Notes under the pieces: model-generated
Told to the model about the DNA's origin: nothing
Database searches by the model: none
The model's input: the letters and a program-made list of their open reading frames with translations, nothing else
Position numbers and translations under genes: made by a program
NCBI GenBank assembly: GCA_965368975.1
Contig: CBDUPA010000010.1
Span: 185,678 to 249,677, forward strand
Direction of reading: 5' to 3'
Source of the DNA: an uncultured bacterium
Lineage (GTDB): Bacteria; Acidobacteriota; Thermoanaerobaculia; Multivoradales; JAHZIX01
Length of the DNA: 64,000 nt
Shown here: piece by piece, positions 47,130-58,555 of the stretch
Layout of the letters: each line of letters begins with the position of its first letter
Position numbering within the stretch: position 1 is the first letter of the stretch

Positions 47130-47498
47130 ATGCCAAGCTACACCCTACGCGTCATCGGCCGCTTCGAAGCCGCTCACCATCTCGATCCTTACCGCGGCGG
47201 CAAGGAGCCCGTGCACGGTCATTCCTGGCGCGTCGAGGCCGAGTTGGTCAGCGCGCAGCTCGACGGCGACGGTCTCGCCTTCGACTTCGTCGAGGTCAAA
47301 GCGGCCCTCGGCGAACTGACGGCACGCTTCGATCACCAGCACATCAACACCGTGCCGCCCTTCGACCGGCGGAGCCCCACCACCGAGCACCTTGCGGCTT
47401 GGTTCTTCGAGCAGCTGACGACAGTCCTGCCGGCGGCTCCCCTGACCGCCGTCACAGTGTGGGAGGGACCGGACTGCTCGGCAACCTACCGGCCGTAG
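47130..47498 (+). CDS. 6-pyruvoyl-tetrahydropterin synthase/QueD family protein (ExxHGH type)
   Basis: FEAAHH, KEPVHGHSW, FDH, PTTEHLA, VWEG. Confidence 0.85.
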   Translation: MPSYTLRVIGRFEAAHHLDPYRGGKEPVHGHSWRVEAELVSAQLDGDGLAFDFVEVKAALGELTARFDHQHINTVPPFDRRSPTTEHLAAWFFEQLTTVLPAAPLTAVTVWEGPDCSATYRP

Positions 47499-47593
47499 GG
47501 CCTCGGAGCACACAGCGTGAGACGAACCGGCAAACAGGCAGATACGGTAAGATCGGCCTCTATCCGTCAACCTGCCGACTCAGGAGGTACTCC

Positions 47594-50470
47594 ATGATTC
47601 GACCGCCTTTCCCCCCCGCTGCCAGAGCCCGAGGTGCCACCCTCTGCGTGGCGCTCACCACGCTCTTGGCCTTGACGCCGGCACTGCTCGCCGCGCCGCC
47701 GATCTCGCTACCCGGCCTCGAGAACCCCGTCCGCGTGGTGCGCGACGCACAGAACATTCCGCACGTCTACGCGGTCACGGACAACGACGCTTACTTCATG
47801 CAGGGATACCTGCACGCTCAAGATCGCTTCTTCCAGATGGACTTCCAGCGCCGCCAGTTCAGCGGCCGGCTGTCGGAGTTGGTGGGAGCGGCCGGCCTCG
47901 AGGCGGACGTGCAGCTGCGCACCCTCGGGCTAGACCGTGCGGCACAGATGTCGCTGGAGGCCTTGCCCGCGGGAGCATTACCGTGGCTGGAAGCCTACGC
48001 CGCCGGGGTCAACACCTATCTGGCGAACAACCCGCTGCCGGCAGAATACGCCGCGCTGGAGTTGACGCATGCGTCGGTACCGCCCTGGCAGCCGGTCGAC
48101 ACGCTGGTGATCGGCAAGGGCCTCGCCTTCGGTCTCTCCTTCGACTTGCAGGACCTCGACAACACGATCGCGCTCGGCACCTTTCAGTTCGTCGGTGAAC
48201 TGGCCGGCTTCGACGGTACGGCCCTGTTTTTCGAAGACCTCTACCGTACGGCACCCCTCGATCCGACGATCTCGATTCCCGGCGCACTGAACGCCAACGC
48301 GAAGGCGGGCGTCGACCTCGCACAGGCTCGCCAGCTACGCGACCTGGTCGACCCGCGCACGGTCGCCATGGCCGGGCGCTACCTCGAGCAAGCGCGCTCC
48401 AACCCTGCGCTGCGCAAGGTCCTGCGTCAGGACGGCTCGGACACCGGCTCCAATTGGTGGCTCGTGGATGGCAGCCTGTCCGAGAGCGGCTATCCGATGC
48501 TGGCCAATGACCCGCACTTGGCGCTCAACACGCCCGCGACCTTCTACGAAGTCCACCTGATGGCTTTCAACAACGACCGTCTGCGCCCACTCAACGCCAA
48601 CGGCGTCTCGTTCCCGGGTGCTCCGGGCCTGGTGCAAGGCTGCAACCGTGACCTGTGCTGGGGCTCGACCGTGCATCCGATGGACGTCACCGACGTCTAC
48701 CAGGAAGTGCTGGTCCTCGACCCAACCACCGGCGTACCGGTCGCCACGATTTTCGACGGCCAACCCGAGCCGTTGCAGATCCTGCCGCAGGCCTACGGTG
48801 TCAACGTCATCGGCGATGGCGTGCCCGACAACCTGGTCGACTCCGGCCTCGGCCCGACCCAGGGCGGCCTGGTCTTCGTGGTGCCGCGCCGCAACTACGG
48901 CCCGATCGTCAACTTCGACACGACGCAGGATCCAGCGCTCGGCATCAGCATCCAGTACACCGGCTTCGGCCCGACCACCGAGTTCGAGGCCTTCCGCAAG
49001 TGGATGCGCGCCACCAATGTCGAGCAGTACCGCGAGGGGCTGCAGTACTTCGACGTCGGCTCGCAGAACTGGGCGGTGTCGGACGTGCACGGCAACATCG
49101 CCTACTTCACCAGCGCTGAGCTGCCGCTGCGCGAGGACCTGCAAACGCTCAACAATGTCGCCGGTCTGCCCCCCTACTTCGTGCGCGATGGCACACACAC
49201 CCTGCCCAACGAGTGGCTGCCCGGCACCGCTGGCGGCACGCAATCGCTGCCGTACCAGATCCTGCCGTTCGACGAGATGCCGCAGCTGGTCAACCCGGAT
49301 GCCGGCTATATCCTGAACGCTAACAACGACCCGGTAGGCACGAGCCTGGACAACAACCCGCTCAACCAGTTGCGCCCGGGTGGCGGTCTCTACTACCTGA
49401 GTCCCGGCTATTCCGAGCTGCGCATCGGCCGCATCGCCGAACGCATGGACGCGGCACTGGCCGATGGCGTGGTGACACTCGACGAGATGAAGGAGATCCA
49501 GGCCAACAACCAACTGCTCGACGCCGAGTTACTGGTGCCGTTCATTCTGGAAGCCTTCGGCCACGCTACCAGTGCCGGCGCGGCACCCGAGCTGGCCCCA
49601 CTGGCCGCCGATCCGGCTGTCGCCGAAGCCGCCATGCGCCTGGCCGACTGGGACTTTTCGACCCCGACCGGCATCCCGCAGGGGTACGACCCAGGTGACG
49701 ACCCCAACGACCGGCAGCCACCCGATCAAGCTGAAGTCGAAGCCAGCATTGCGGCGACGATCTACGCGCTGTGGCGTAGCCAGATGATTCAGCTGGTAAT
49801 CGATGCGCCGCTCGAGGCCCTGGGCCTGGGCGACGTCGCTCCGGGCAGCAGCCTGGCGCTGCGCGCCATGGCGCACCACCTCAACAGCTTCGACACCGCA
49901 AGCGGCATCGGTGCCTCGGGCATCCCGTTCATCGATCCCACCCTGGCGTCGACGCCTGAAGCGTCGCGCGACCTGGTCGTTCTGACCGCGCTGCGCAACG
50001 CCCTGGACCGCCTGGCCAGTGACGACTTCGCGCCCGCCTTCGTGAACTCCACGGACCTCGACGACTACCGCTGGGGCTACCTGCATCGCATCGTCTTCGA
50101 CCACCCGCTGGGCGGCCCGTTCAGCGTGCCGCCGGCGGGTGGCTTCGACGATGTGGCGCCCGGACTGATGCCCGGCATCGCTCGGTCCGGTGGCTTCAGC
50201 GTGGTCGACGCCTCGAACCACAATGCACGCGCCGACGACGCCAATGGCTTCATGTTCGGCTCCGGCCCCAACCGTCGCTTTGTCGGCACGATCCAGCGCA
50301 ACAACATCCAGGGATACCAGGTGATCCCCGGGGGTGAGCACGGCTCGCTGCTGAGCCCGGACTACGCCGGTCAACTCGGCCTCTGGCTGACCAACGACTA
50401 CCACGTGATGCGCCTGCGCTCGCGCGATGTCGTCGCTGGCCGTGTCTCGGCGCAGCAGTTCGTGCCGTAG
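47594..50470 (+). CDS. Penicillin acylase family (Ntn-hydrolase, S45) secreted amidase
   Basis: AGGAGG RBS, signal peptide, IPHVYA, GYLHAQDRFFQMD, GS|NWW catalytic Ser, LANDPHL, NANN. Confidence 0.9.
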   Translation: MIRPPFPPAARARGATLCVALTTLLALTPALLAAPPISLPGLENPVRVVRDAQNIPHVYAVTDNDAYFMQGYLHAQDRFFQMDFQRRQFSGRLSELVGAAGLEADVQLRTLGLDRAAQMSLEALPAGALPWLEAYAAGVNTYLANNPLPAEYAALELTHASVPPWQPVDTLVIGKGLAFGLSFDLQDLDNTIALGTFQFVGELAGFDGTALFFEDLYRTAPLDPTISIPGALNANAKAGVDLAQARQLRDLVDPRTVAMAGRYLEQARSNPALRKVLRQDGSDTGSNWWLVDGSLSESGYPMLANDPHLALNTPATFYEVHLMAFNNDRLRPLNANGVSFPGAPGLVQGCNRDLCWGSTVHPMDVTDVYQEVLVLDPTTGVPVATIFDGQPEPLQILPQAYGVNVIGDGVPDNLVDSGLGPTQGGLVFVVPRRNYGPIVNFDTTQDPALGISIQYTGFGPTTEFEAFRKWMRATNVEQYREGLQYFDVGSQNWAVSDVHGNIAYFTSAELPLREDLQTLNNVAGLPPYFVRDGTHTLPNEWLPGTAGGTQSLPYQILPFDEMPQLVNPDAGYILNANNDPVGTSLDNNPLNQLRPGGGLYYLSPGYSELRIGRIAERMDAALADGVVTLDEMKEIQANNQLLDAELLVPFILEAFGHATSAGAAPELAPLAADPAVAEAAMRLADWDFSTPTGIPQGYDPGDDPNDRQPPDQAEVEASIAATIYALWRSQMIQLVIDAPLEALGLGDVAPGSSLALRAMAHHLNSFDTASGIGASGIPFIDPTLASTPEASRDLVVLTALRNALDRLASDDFAPAFVNSTDLDDYRWGYLHRIVFDHPLGGPFSVPPAGGFDDVAPGLMPGIARSGGFSVVDASNHNARADDANGFMFGSGPNRRFVGTIQRNNIQGYQVIPGGEHGSLLSPDYAGQLGLWLTNDYHVMRLRSRDVVAGRVSAQQFVP

Positions 50471-50489
50471 ACGGCCCGCGCGGTCGTCC

Positions 50490-50522
50490 AAGGGGGGGGG
50501 CTGCCCGCCCCCCCTTATTTCT
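50490..50522 (+). terminator. Terminator-like hairpin
   Basis: AAGGGGGGG...CCCCCCCTT followed by ATTTCT. Confidence 0.55.
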
Positions 50523-50545
50523 GCAACTACCTCGCGAGAAGAACC

Positions 50546-51505
50546 TTGAGTCCAAGCAACCCGATCGAACGTTTCCTCGCCCAGCACGAGATCCTGCTTC
50601 TGGACGGTGGCCTGGGCACCGAATTGGAACGTGTCCACCGGCCCCTGTCGGGAACACCCCTGTGGTCCGGTGAAGCACTGCTCGAAGCGCCGGATCGGGT
50701 CAAGCAGGTGCACCGTAGTTTCCTGCAAGCCGGCGCCGACTGCATCGCCAGCTGCAGCTACCAGATCTCGCGCGCCAGTTGCGCCGAGCACGGCCTGGAC
50801 GCCGAGCAAACCGACGACTTGATGCGACGCGCAGCAGAGCTGGCAGTAGAGGCCCGGGATGCTTTCTGGGATGAAACACAGGACGATCCGCGCACCGAAG
50901 AACGCGAGAAGCCCATGGTGGCCGGCTCGGTCGGCCCCTATGGCGCGGTGCCGCTGGTGCGCGGTGAGTACCGCGGCGACTACGGCCTGAGCGTCGACGA
51001 GTTGGCCGCCTTCCACCGACCGCACGTCGAGATCCTGGCTGCGAGCGAAGTCGACCTACTGGCCTTCGAGACGATCCCCTGCTGGGCCGAGGCCGAAGCT
51101 CTGCTCCAAGTCCTGGCCGACTTCCCGGACCGCGTCGCCTGGTTCAGCTTCACCGCGCGCGACGAATTGCACATCTCCCAGGGCGAGGTCTTCGCCGACT
51201 GCGTCGAGCGCTTGAGCCATCACCCACAGGTCGCCGCCATCGGCATCAACTGCACGCCCCCGGGCTTCCTGCCCGCACTGATCCACACCGCAGCCAACCT
51301 GACTCCAAAGCCGATCGCCGTCTACCCGAACTCTGGTGAGACCTATTCGATCGAGGATGCCGCCTGGCACGGTACGAGCTACTACGAGGCCATCGAGACC
51401 CACGCCGAAACCTGGCACAAGACGGGTGCCCGCATCCTCGGTGGCTGCTGTCGTACCAGCGCCCAGGACATCACCCGCCTGGCCCGCTGGCGCTCGACGC
51501 TCTAG
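50546..51505 (+). CDS. mmuM: Homocysteine S-methyltransferase
   Basis: LLDGGLGTEL, GSVGPYGA, FETIP, GINC, VYPNSG, GGCC. Confidence 0.9.
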   Translation: MSPSNPIERFLAQHEILLLDGGLGTELERVHRPLSGTPLWSGEALLEAPDRVKQVHRSFLQAGADCIASCSYQISRASCAEHGLDAEQTDDLMRRAAELAVEARDAFWDETQDDPRTEEREKPMVAGSVGPYGAVPLVRGEYRGDYGLSVDELAAFHRPHVEILAASEVDLLAFETIPCWAEAEALLQVLADFPDRVAWFSFTARDELHISQGEVFADCVERLSHHPQVAAIGINCTPPGFLPALIHTAANLTPKPIAVYPNSGETYSIEDAAWHGTSYYEAIETHAETWHKTGARILGGCCRTSAQDITRLARWRSTL

Positions 51506-51586
51506 ATCCTCGGTACCAGGTCTTCGGCAACCGGCACCACGCATCGTCTGCGCCCAGACCTTCGCAAGTCCTCCCTGGTTTGAGCC

Positions 51587-51603
51587 CTGGCACGGCGCTT
51601 GCT
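51587..51603 (+). promoter_or_regulatory. Putative sigma54 (-24/-12) promoter
   Basis: CTGGCACGGCGCTTGCT matches YTGGCACG-N4-TTGCW, in the intergenic region before the Bat operon. Confidence 0.6.
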
Positions 51604-51807
51604 TTTCCCTGAAGCAGACGGGCCGCCACCCCAGCTAGCCCCCGTCAACTCAGTGACAACAGCACAGCTTCCGACAATGACACGGCAGTGACGCCTGCCA
51701 AACTGGCACAGGGCCTCTTGGCAGGCGGTCGCTCGAAACGAGGGCTCTCACGGAACATGGTTTGGATTGAGACGCACACCTCCTTGTCGAGATCCGCACC
51801 TGCGGTG

Positions 51808-53262
51808 ATGCGCTACGGCTGTATCGGGTTGCTCCTGCTCTTCCTGACCCCGCCGACACAGTTGCTGGGCCAAACGACCGGCGACGAGGTCGCGGCGAAG
51901 GTGGCCAGCTACGGGTTGCGAGCGATCGACCCGCCGGTACCGGCCCGCGACCTGACCCTGCCGCGCATGGACGGCGGCTCGGCATCGTTGTCGGACTTCC
52001 AGGGACGCTGGGTCTTGCTGACCTTCTTCGCCACCTGGTGCGGGCCCTGCCGCACCGAGATGCCAACGCTGGAGGCTGTACACCGGCGGCGCGGCTCGGC
52101 GCTCGGCAAATCGGCATTGGCGGCGAACGGTGGCGATCCGAACCAGGCGATCACTCCGGAAATAGTCGTGCTCGGTATTTCGATCGACGACAGCCGCTCC
52201 CCGCTCGACGCCTACCTTCGCCAGGCGGGGGTGACCTTCCCGGTGCTGTGGGACGAGAACGGCGTGGCGGCGCGGGCGTACCAGGCGTCGAGCATTCCGC
52301 TGAGCTACTTGATCGACCCACGCGGCCAGCTGGTCGCGGTCTCGCGCGGCGCACGGGACTGGACAGCACTCATCCCGCTGCTCGACGAGCTCTCGGGACG
52401 CAGCGTTGCCGGCGACGCGGTATATACCGCCGACCAGACAGATACCGTCGAGCTGCCTTCGACCCTCACGCCGCCGACTGCCGACGTACGACTGGCGACC
52501 GCCAAACCCACCGTTGGGGAACCGTTCGTCATCGAGGTCGACCTGCAGTGGGCGGGCAACTTCGAGGACTACCTGCCGCATCCACCGTCGATCGCCCTAC
52601 CCGAGGGGCTGCAGCAGGAGAACATCGCCGCCGCCACCAGCAGCCGCGACGGGCGCAGCCACGTGACCTATCGACTGACCCTGCGTGCCGACACCGCCGG
52701 CAGCTACGCGCTCGATCCGGTCGAGCTGAGCTACACGCCGCTGCGAACCACCGCTGCCACGGCCGAGGAGTCCCAACCTGGACCCGGCGCGGGCCAGCGC
52801 CTGGCGACACGGGTCAGTGGTCCGACCGTCGAAGTACGTCGAGCGACCATCGCCGGCATGACCCCGGGCACCCTTGCCGCCACCGTCGGCGGTGCGGTCG
52901 CCGCCTTCGGCTTGACCGCGCTCGGCCTGGTGTTCTGGCGCCGACGCGCCGCCTCGGAGGCTCTCGACACGGCCGGCGCCGACGGGGTCGAGCTGGCTGC
53001 CTGGCAGACCCAGCTGGAAGCCGCACGTCGCTTCCGCATGCAGGGCGACGGCCGCGCCGCACTGCTGGCTCTGACCAAACTGGACGCCGAGGCACACGGT
53101 CTCAGCGCCCCGGAAATCGATGCTGTCCGCTACGGCGGACGCACGCCCCCACCCGAAGAATTGGATCGGCTGACGCGCCGCGCCGAGCGTTGGCTCGAAG
53201 CGCAGCGCCCAGACCCCGACGCCACCACCCGCGAAGCGCTCAAAGAAGGAGATGCTCGATGA
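51808..53262 (+). CDS. TlpA-like thioredoxin fused to a BatD-like domain and a TM helix
   Basis: FFATWCGPC redoxin, IP(L)SYLIDP, BatD-like Ig segment, TM helix near the C-terminus. Start uncertain (51688-51808). Confidence 0.7.
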   Translation: MRYGCIGLLLLFLTPPTQLLGQTTGDEVAAKVASYGLRAIDPPVPARDLTLPRMDGGSASLSDFQGRWVLLTFFATWCGPCRTEMPTLEAVHRRRGSALGKSALAANGGDPNQAITPEIVVLGISIDDSRSPLDAYLRQAGVTFPVLWDENGVAARAYQASSIPLSYLIDPRGQLVAVSRGARDWTALIPLLDELSGRSVAGDAVYTADQTDTVELPSTLTPPTADVRLATAKPTVGEPFVIEVDLQWAGNFEDYLPHPPSIALPEGLQQENIAAATSSRDGRSHVTYRLTLRADTAGSYALDPVELSYTPLRTTAATAEESQPGPGAGQRLATRVSGPTVEVRRATIAGMTPGTLAATVGGAVAAFGLTALGLVFWRRRAASEALDTAGADGVELAAWQTQLEAARRFRMQGDGRAALLALTKLDAEAHGLSAPEIDAVRYGGRTPPPEELDRLTRRAERWLEAQRPDPDATTREALKEGDAR

Positions 53263-54248
53263 CCGTGACTGCTCAGGAGTTGCAACCCGAAATCGAAGCG
53301 CAGGCGCACGTGCTGCAGCGCGTGCGCGACGAGATCGGCAAAGTGATCGTCGGCCAGAGTTACATGATCGACCGCCTGTTGATGGCCTTGATCGCCGACG
53401 GCCACATCCTGATCGAGGGCATCCCGGGCCTGGCCAAGACCACCGCCATCAAGGCCGTGTCCGACGCCATCGACACCGGCTTCTCGCGTATCCAGTTCAC
53501 CCCTGACCTACTCCCCGCCGACCTCCTGGGCACCGAGATCTACCGTCCGCAGGACCACGAGTTCATGGTCAAGCGCGGCCCGATCTTCACCAACCTGCTG
53601 CTCGCCGACGAGATCAACCGCGCACCCGCCAAGGTGCAGAGCGCGCTGCTCGAAGCAATGCAGGAGCGGCAGGTGACGCTGGGCGACGAGACGCACGTGC
53701 TGCCCGACCCGTTCCTGGTGCTGGCGACGCAGAACCCGATCGAACAAGAAGGCACCTACCCGCTGCCCGAGGCGCAGGTCGACCGCTTCATGCTCAAGCT
53801 GCGCGTGGGCTACCCGGACCGTGCCGAGGAAAAAGAGATCATGCGCCGCATGGCGTCGCGCCAGAAGCCGAAGATCGAGTCCGTGGCGACGCCGGAGGAC
53901 ATCAAGAAGGCGCGTGACATCGCCGACAACGTCTACCTCGACGGCAAGGTCGAGGACTACATCGTCGACATCGTCTTCGCCACCCGCGAGCCTGGCCTCT
54001 ACAAACTCGGCGAGCTCGACAAGCTGATCGACTACGGCGCCTCACCGCGTGCCACCATCTTCCTGGCGCAGGCGTCAAAGGTGCAGGCGTTCCTCAGCGG
54101 CCGCGCCTATGTGACGCCGCAGGACGTCAAGACCATCGGCCCGGACGTGTTACGCCACCGCGTGATCGTCTCCTACGAGGCCGAAGCACGCGACCTCACC
54201 TCCGACGACCTGATCCAGGAAATCTTCAACACCGTCGATGTGCCGTGA
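53259..54248 (+). CDS. moxR: MoxR family AAA+ ATPase
   Basis: EGIPGLAKT, RIQFTPDLLPAD, LADEINRAPAKVQSALLEAM, LPEAQVDRF. Confidence 0.93.
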   Translation: MTVTAQELQPEIEAQAHVLQRVRDEIGKVIVGQSYMIDRLLMALIADGHILIEGIPGLAKTTAIKAVSDAIDTGFSRIQFTPDLLPADLLGTEIYRPQDHEFMVKRGPIFTNLLLADEINRAPAKVQSALLEAMQERQVTLGDETHVLPDPFLVLATQNPIEQEGTYPLPEAQVDRFMLKLRVGYPDRAEEKEIMRRMASRQKPKIESVATPEDIKKARDIADNVYLDGKVEDYIVDIVFATREPGLYKLGELDKLIDYGASPRATIFLAQASKVQAFLSGRAYVTPQDVKTIGPDVLRHRVIVSYEAEARDLTSDDLIQEIFNTVDVP

Positions 54249-55225
54249 GCTGGTTCTCGTTCCTCACCCCCAAAGAGCCGTCCGTACCGCAGGCCTACAG
54301 CGCCGGGACTCCCGCCGACAAGAGTCTCGGCGACGCAGGTCTAGGAGAAACACTCTCGCCGGAGCTGTTCGCCAAGATCAAGGCGCTGCAGATCCGCACG
54401 CAGAAGGTGGTCAACGAGGTCTTCGCCGGTGAGTACGAAAGCGCCTTCAAGGGTCGAGGCATGGAGTTCGAGCAGGTGCGCGAGTACCAGCCAGGCGACG
54501 ACATCCGGCACATCGACTGGAATGTCACCGCGCGCATGCACGCGCCGTACATCAAGGAGCACCGTGAAGAGCGCGAGCTGACCGTCATGCTGCTGGTCGA
54601 CGTCTCCTCCTCGGGCTCCTTCGGTACCGGCGAGAAGCTGAAGAACGAAGTCGCCGCCGAGGTGGCGGCGGTGCTCGCCTACACGGCGGTGAAGAGCAAC
54701 GATCGCGTCGGCCTGATCGTCTTCTCCGACCACATCGAGCACTTCATCCCGCCCAAGAAGGGGCGGGCGCACGTCTGGCGCGTGATCCGCGACATCCTCA
54801 CCCACCGGCCACGCCAGCGCAGCACCGACCTCGAAGGGGCCCTTGAGTACCTGGGCAAGGTGGTGCCGCGACGCGCGGTCGTCTTCGTCATCTCCGACTT
54901 CCTCGACGAAGGCTGGGGAGAGCGCCTGCGCATCGCCGCGCGCCGTCACGACCTGACCGCCGTACCGATCGCCGACCGCCGCGAGGCCGAGTTGCCGCCG
55001 GTGGGGCTGATCGAGCTGCAGGACGCCGAGACCGGCGAGACCGTGGTCATCGATACCTATGACTCGAAGCTGCGCGATGGTTTCGCCCTGCTCGGGCGTG
55101 AAGACCGCGAGGCGCGCAGCGACCTGTTCCGCTCGGCCGGCGTCGGCGAGGTGCCGCTGTGGGCGGACGGTGACTACGTCGACTCGCTGGTGCGCTTCTT
55201 CCGGGCGCGCGAGCACCGACGCTAG
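54245..55225 (+). CDS. DUF58 (vWA-like) protein
   Basis: GRGMEFEQVREYQPGDDIRHIDWNVTAR, DVSSS, ISDF. Confidence 0.9.
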   Translation: MSWFSFLTPKEPSVPQAYSAGTPADKSLGDAGLGETLSPELFAKIKALQIRTQKVVNEVFAGEYESAFKGRGMEFEQVREYQPGDDIRHIDWNVTARMHAPYIKEHREERELTVMLLVDVSSSGSFGTGEKLKNEVAAEVAAVLAYTAVKSNDRVGLIVFSDHIEHFIPPKKGRAHVWRVIRDILTHRPRQRSTDLEGALEYLGKVVPRRAVVFVISDFLDEGWGERLRIAARRHDLTAVPIADRREAELPPVGLIELQDAETGETVVIDTYDSKLRDGFALLGREDREARSDLFRSAGVGEVPLWADGDYVDSLVRFFRAREHRR

Positions 55226-55266
55226 ACCCAAGATCCTTCCCGATTGGCTCAAGACGGATTTCAAGC

Positions 55267-56370
55267 ATGGAACTACGACAACCTCCGCAAGTCGACGATC
55301 TCGATAGCAGACCCACGGGCGCCGACCAGATCGCACGCATCCTGATGACCGCCAATTTGCTCGCCGTGCTCGGCTTGGCCGCCGTGCTGCTCTTCTGGCC
55401 GTCCGGATCGGTCGCCCCCTGGCGCTCCGGCGACGGCGACCTCGACCAGCTGCGGCAAGTGGCGTCCAAGCTGAAGGCCGCTGGCGCCCTGGACGAGGCC
55501 GCGGACCTGTACGAAGACTACTTGCAGCGCGCTACCGACGTGCCCGCCGAGAGCCGTGCCCGCATCGCCTTCAGCCTCGGCACCACCTACCTGGACCGGG
55601 GCCGCTACGAGCAGGCGCTGCGCTGGTTCTACGAAGCCGAGACGCTGGGTGAAGGCGCCCTGAGTCCATCGCTGAGCCAGGAAGTGGGGCGCAAGATCGT
55701 GCACAGCCTGGAGCGCCTGGGCCGCTACCAGGCGGCGCGTGCGGCGCTCGAGAGCCAGGTGGCACTGCCGTCGAATGCGGAAGAGTCCGGGCGCCGAGAC
55801 GACAGCGCAGATCCGATCGTCGCCCGCCTGGGCGAGCGCGAGATCCACCGTTCCGAGGTCGAAGCCGCGCTCGACGCCCTGCCACCGCAGATGGCCGAGG
55901 CCTTCAGCAGCGGCGAGCAGCGCGCCGACTTCCTGCGCCAGTACGTCGCCGAGCAGCTGATGTACCGCAAGGCTCAGAAGCTCGAGATCGACAAGGACCC
56001 GGAAGTGCGGCGGCAGGTCGAGAACCTCATGCGCCAGCTGGTGATCTCGCGTTTCGTCGAGCAGGAAGTCGTCAGCCGGGCCTTTGGTGACCAGGATGGT
56101 TCGGTCGCCGAAGCCGATCTCGAGACCTGGTACCGCGCCAACCGCGAACGCTATGGCGACAAGGAGTTTGCCGAAGCACGGCCGCAGGTGACTCAGGACT
56201 ACCGGCGCGACAAGGTCCAGCGCGCCTACGACGCGATGATCGAGACGGAACTGGCCGGCGAGGACGTCGAGCTGTTCCCGCAAGCGATGGCCGAAGGCGT
56301 CCCCGCGACCACTGCCGCTTCACCCGCTGCGGAGTCCGCCACCACAGAAGTACCAGGAGCCGCGCCATGA
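55267..56370 (+). CDS. Membrane-anchored TPR protein with a SurA/PPIase N-domain-like region
   Basis: TM helix, TPR-like LGTTYLDRGRYEQALRWF, IVARLGEREI...LMYRKAQKLEIDKDPEV. Confidence 0.65.
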   Translation: MELRQPPQVDDLDSRPTGADQIARILMTANLLAVLGLAAVLLFWPSGSVAPWRSGDGDLDQLRQVASKLKAAGALDEAADLYEDYLQRATDVPAESRARIAFSLGTTYLDRGRYEQALRWFYEAETLGEGALSPSLSQEVGRKIVHSLERLGRYQAARAALESQVALPSNAEESGRRDDSADPIVARLGEREIHRSEVEAALDALPPQMAEAFSSGEQRADFLRQYVAEQLMYRKAQKLEIDKDPEVRRQVENLMRQLVISRFVEQEVVSRAFGDQDGSVAEADLETWYRANRERYGDKEFAEARPQVTQDYRRDKVQRAYDAMIETELAGEDVELFPQAMAEGVPATTAASPAAESATTEVPGAAP

Positions 56371-57463
56371 GTCTTTCTTCCCGGGCGTCACGGACTCGCC
56401 TGGCCGGCCTGCTACTGGCGGGCGGACTCGTCGGCGCCTGCGCCTCCGAACCAGCCGCACTTCCCGAAGACGCGCCCAAGGACCCGGTCCTCGCCAGCGC
56501 CACCGTCGACCGCGCGGTGGCAACCACCGGTGACGTGCTGACCTACACCGTGGTGCTCGACTACGACCCCGCCTACGAGGTCCTGCTACCCGAGCCCGGC
56601 GCCGACATCGCTGGTTTCCGCATTCTTGACCTCGGCCGCGAGCCTGTGCGCGAGCAGCGCGGGCGCACGATCGAGGAGCGCTGGTACCGCCTGCGCGCCG
56701 ACCTCGTGGGTTCCTATGTGCTGCCACCGCTGACCGTACGCTATCGACAATTGTCACAACCTGAAGCAGTAGAACCAGAAGAATCTACGGATTCTACGGA
56801 AATCTCCGAAGAACCAGCGGAATCCAGCGGAAATGGCGAGGCAACCGAATGGTCAACCTTGCAGACCTCCGAGATCTTCGTCGAGGTCGAGTCCGTGCTG
56901 CCAGCGGACGGCGAGGTGTCCGACATCCGCGACATCAAGCCGATCACCAAGGTCGATGAGCCGCTACCCTGGACGTGGCTGGCGGCTGGCGGCGGTGCGC
57001 TGTTGCTGCTCACTGGCCTCAGCCTCTGGTGGTGGCGACGCAGCCACAGGGTGCAGCCGGCACAGCCGCCACGGCCAGCGCACGAGGTCGCGTTCGCCGC
57101 GCTCAACAACCTGCGCGGCACCGACTTCGACGACCCCGAGGCCGTCCACCGCTTCTACTTCCGCCTCTCCGAGATCCTACGCACCTACGTCGAGGCCCGC
57201 TTCGGCCTCAACGCCACCGACCTGACGACGGAAGAGATCTTGGCGCAACTGCAAGAAGGCCAACACTTCCTGCCACAGGCCGACGTCCTACGCCGCTTCT
57301 TGCTCGCCACCGACCAAGTCAAGTTCGCGGACCACCATCCCGGCGAGGAGGAGATCCGCACCGCCTACGAAGACGCGCTCGGCTATGTCGAGGCGACGCG
57401 CCCCGCCGAGGTCCCCACACCAACACCCGCCAGCGCAACGACACACGAGCAGGAGGAAGCGGC

Positions 57464-57467
<4 letters not shown>
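56367..57467 (+). CDS. Bat-operon lipoprotein (BatD-like/DUF4381-like) with a TM helix
   Basis: Lipobox LVGAC, IRDIKP, TM helix, LSEILRTYVE, TTEEIL, DQVKFA. Confidence 0.7.

Positions 57468-58551
<1,084 letters not shown>

Positions 58552-58555
<4 letters not shown>

Noticed and set aside
47594-50470. Penicillin acylase as the leader peptidase of the peptide family
   Set aside because: It is an Ntn amidase, not a C39, S8 or S9 peptidase, and nothing links it to the peptides beyond 4 kb proximity.
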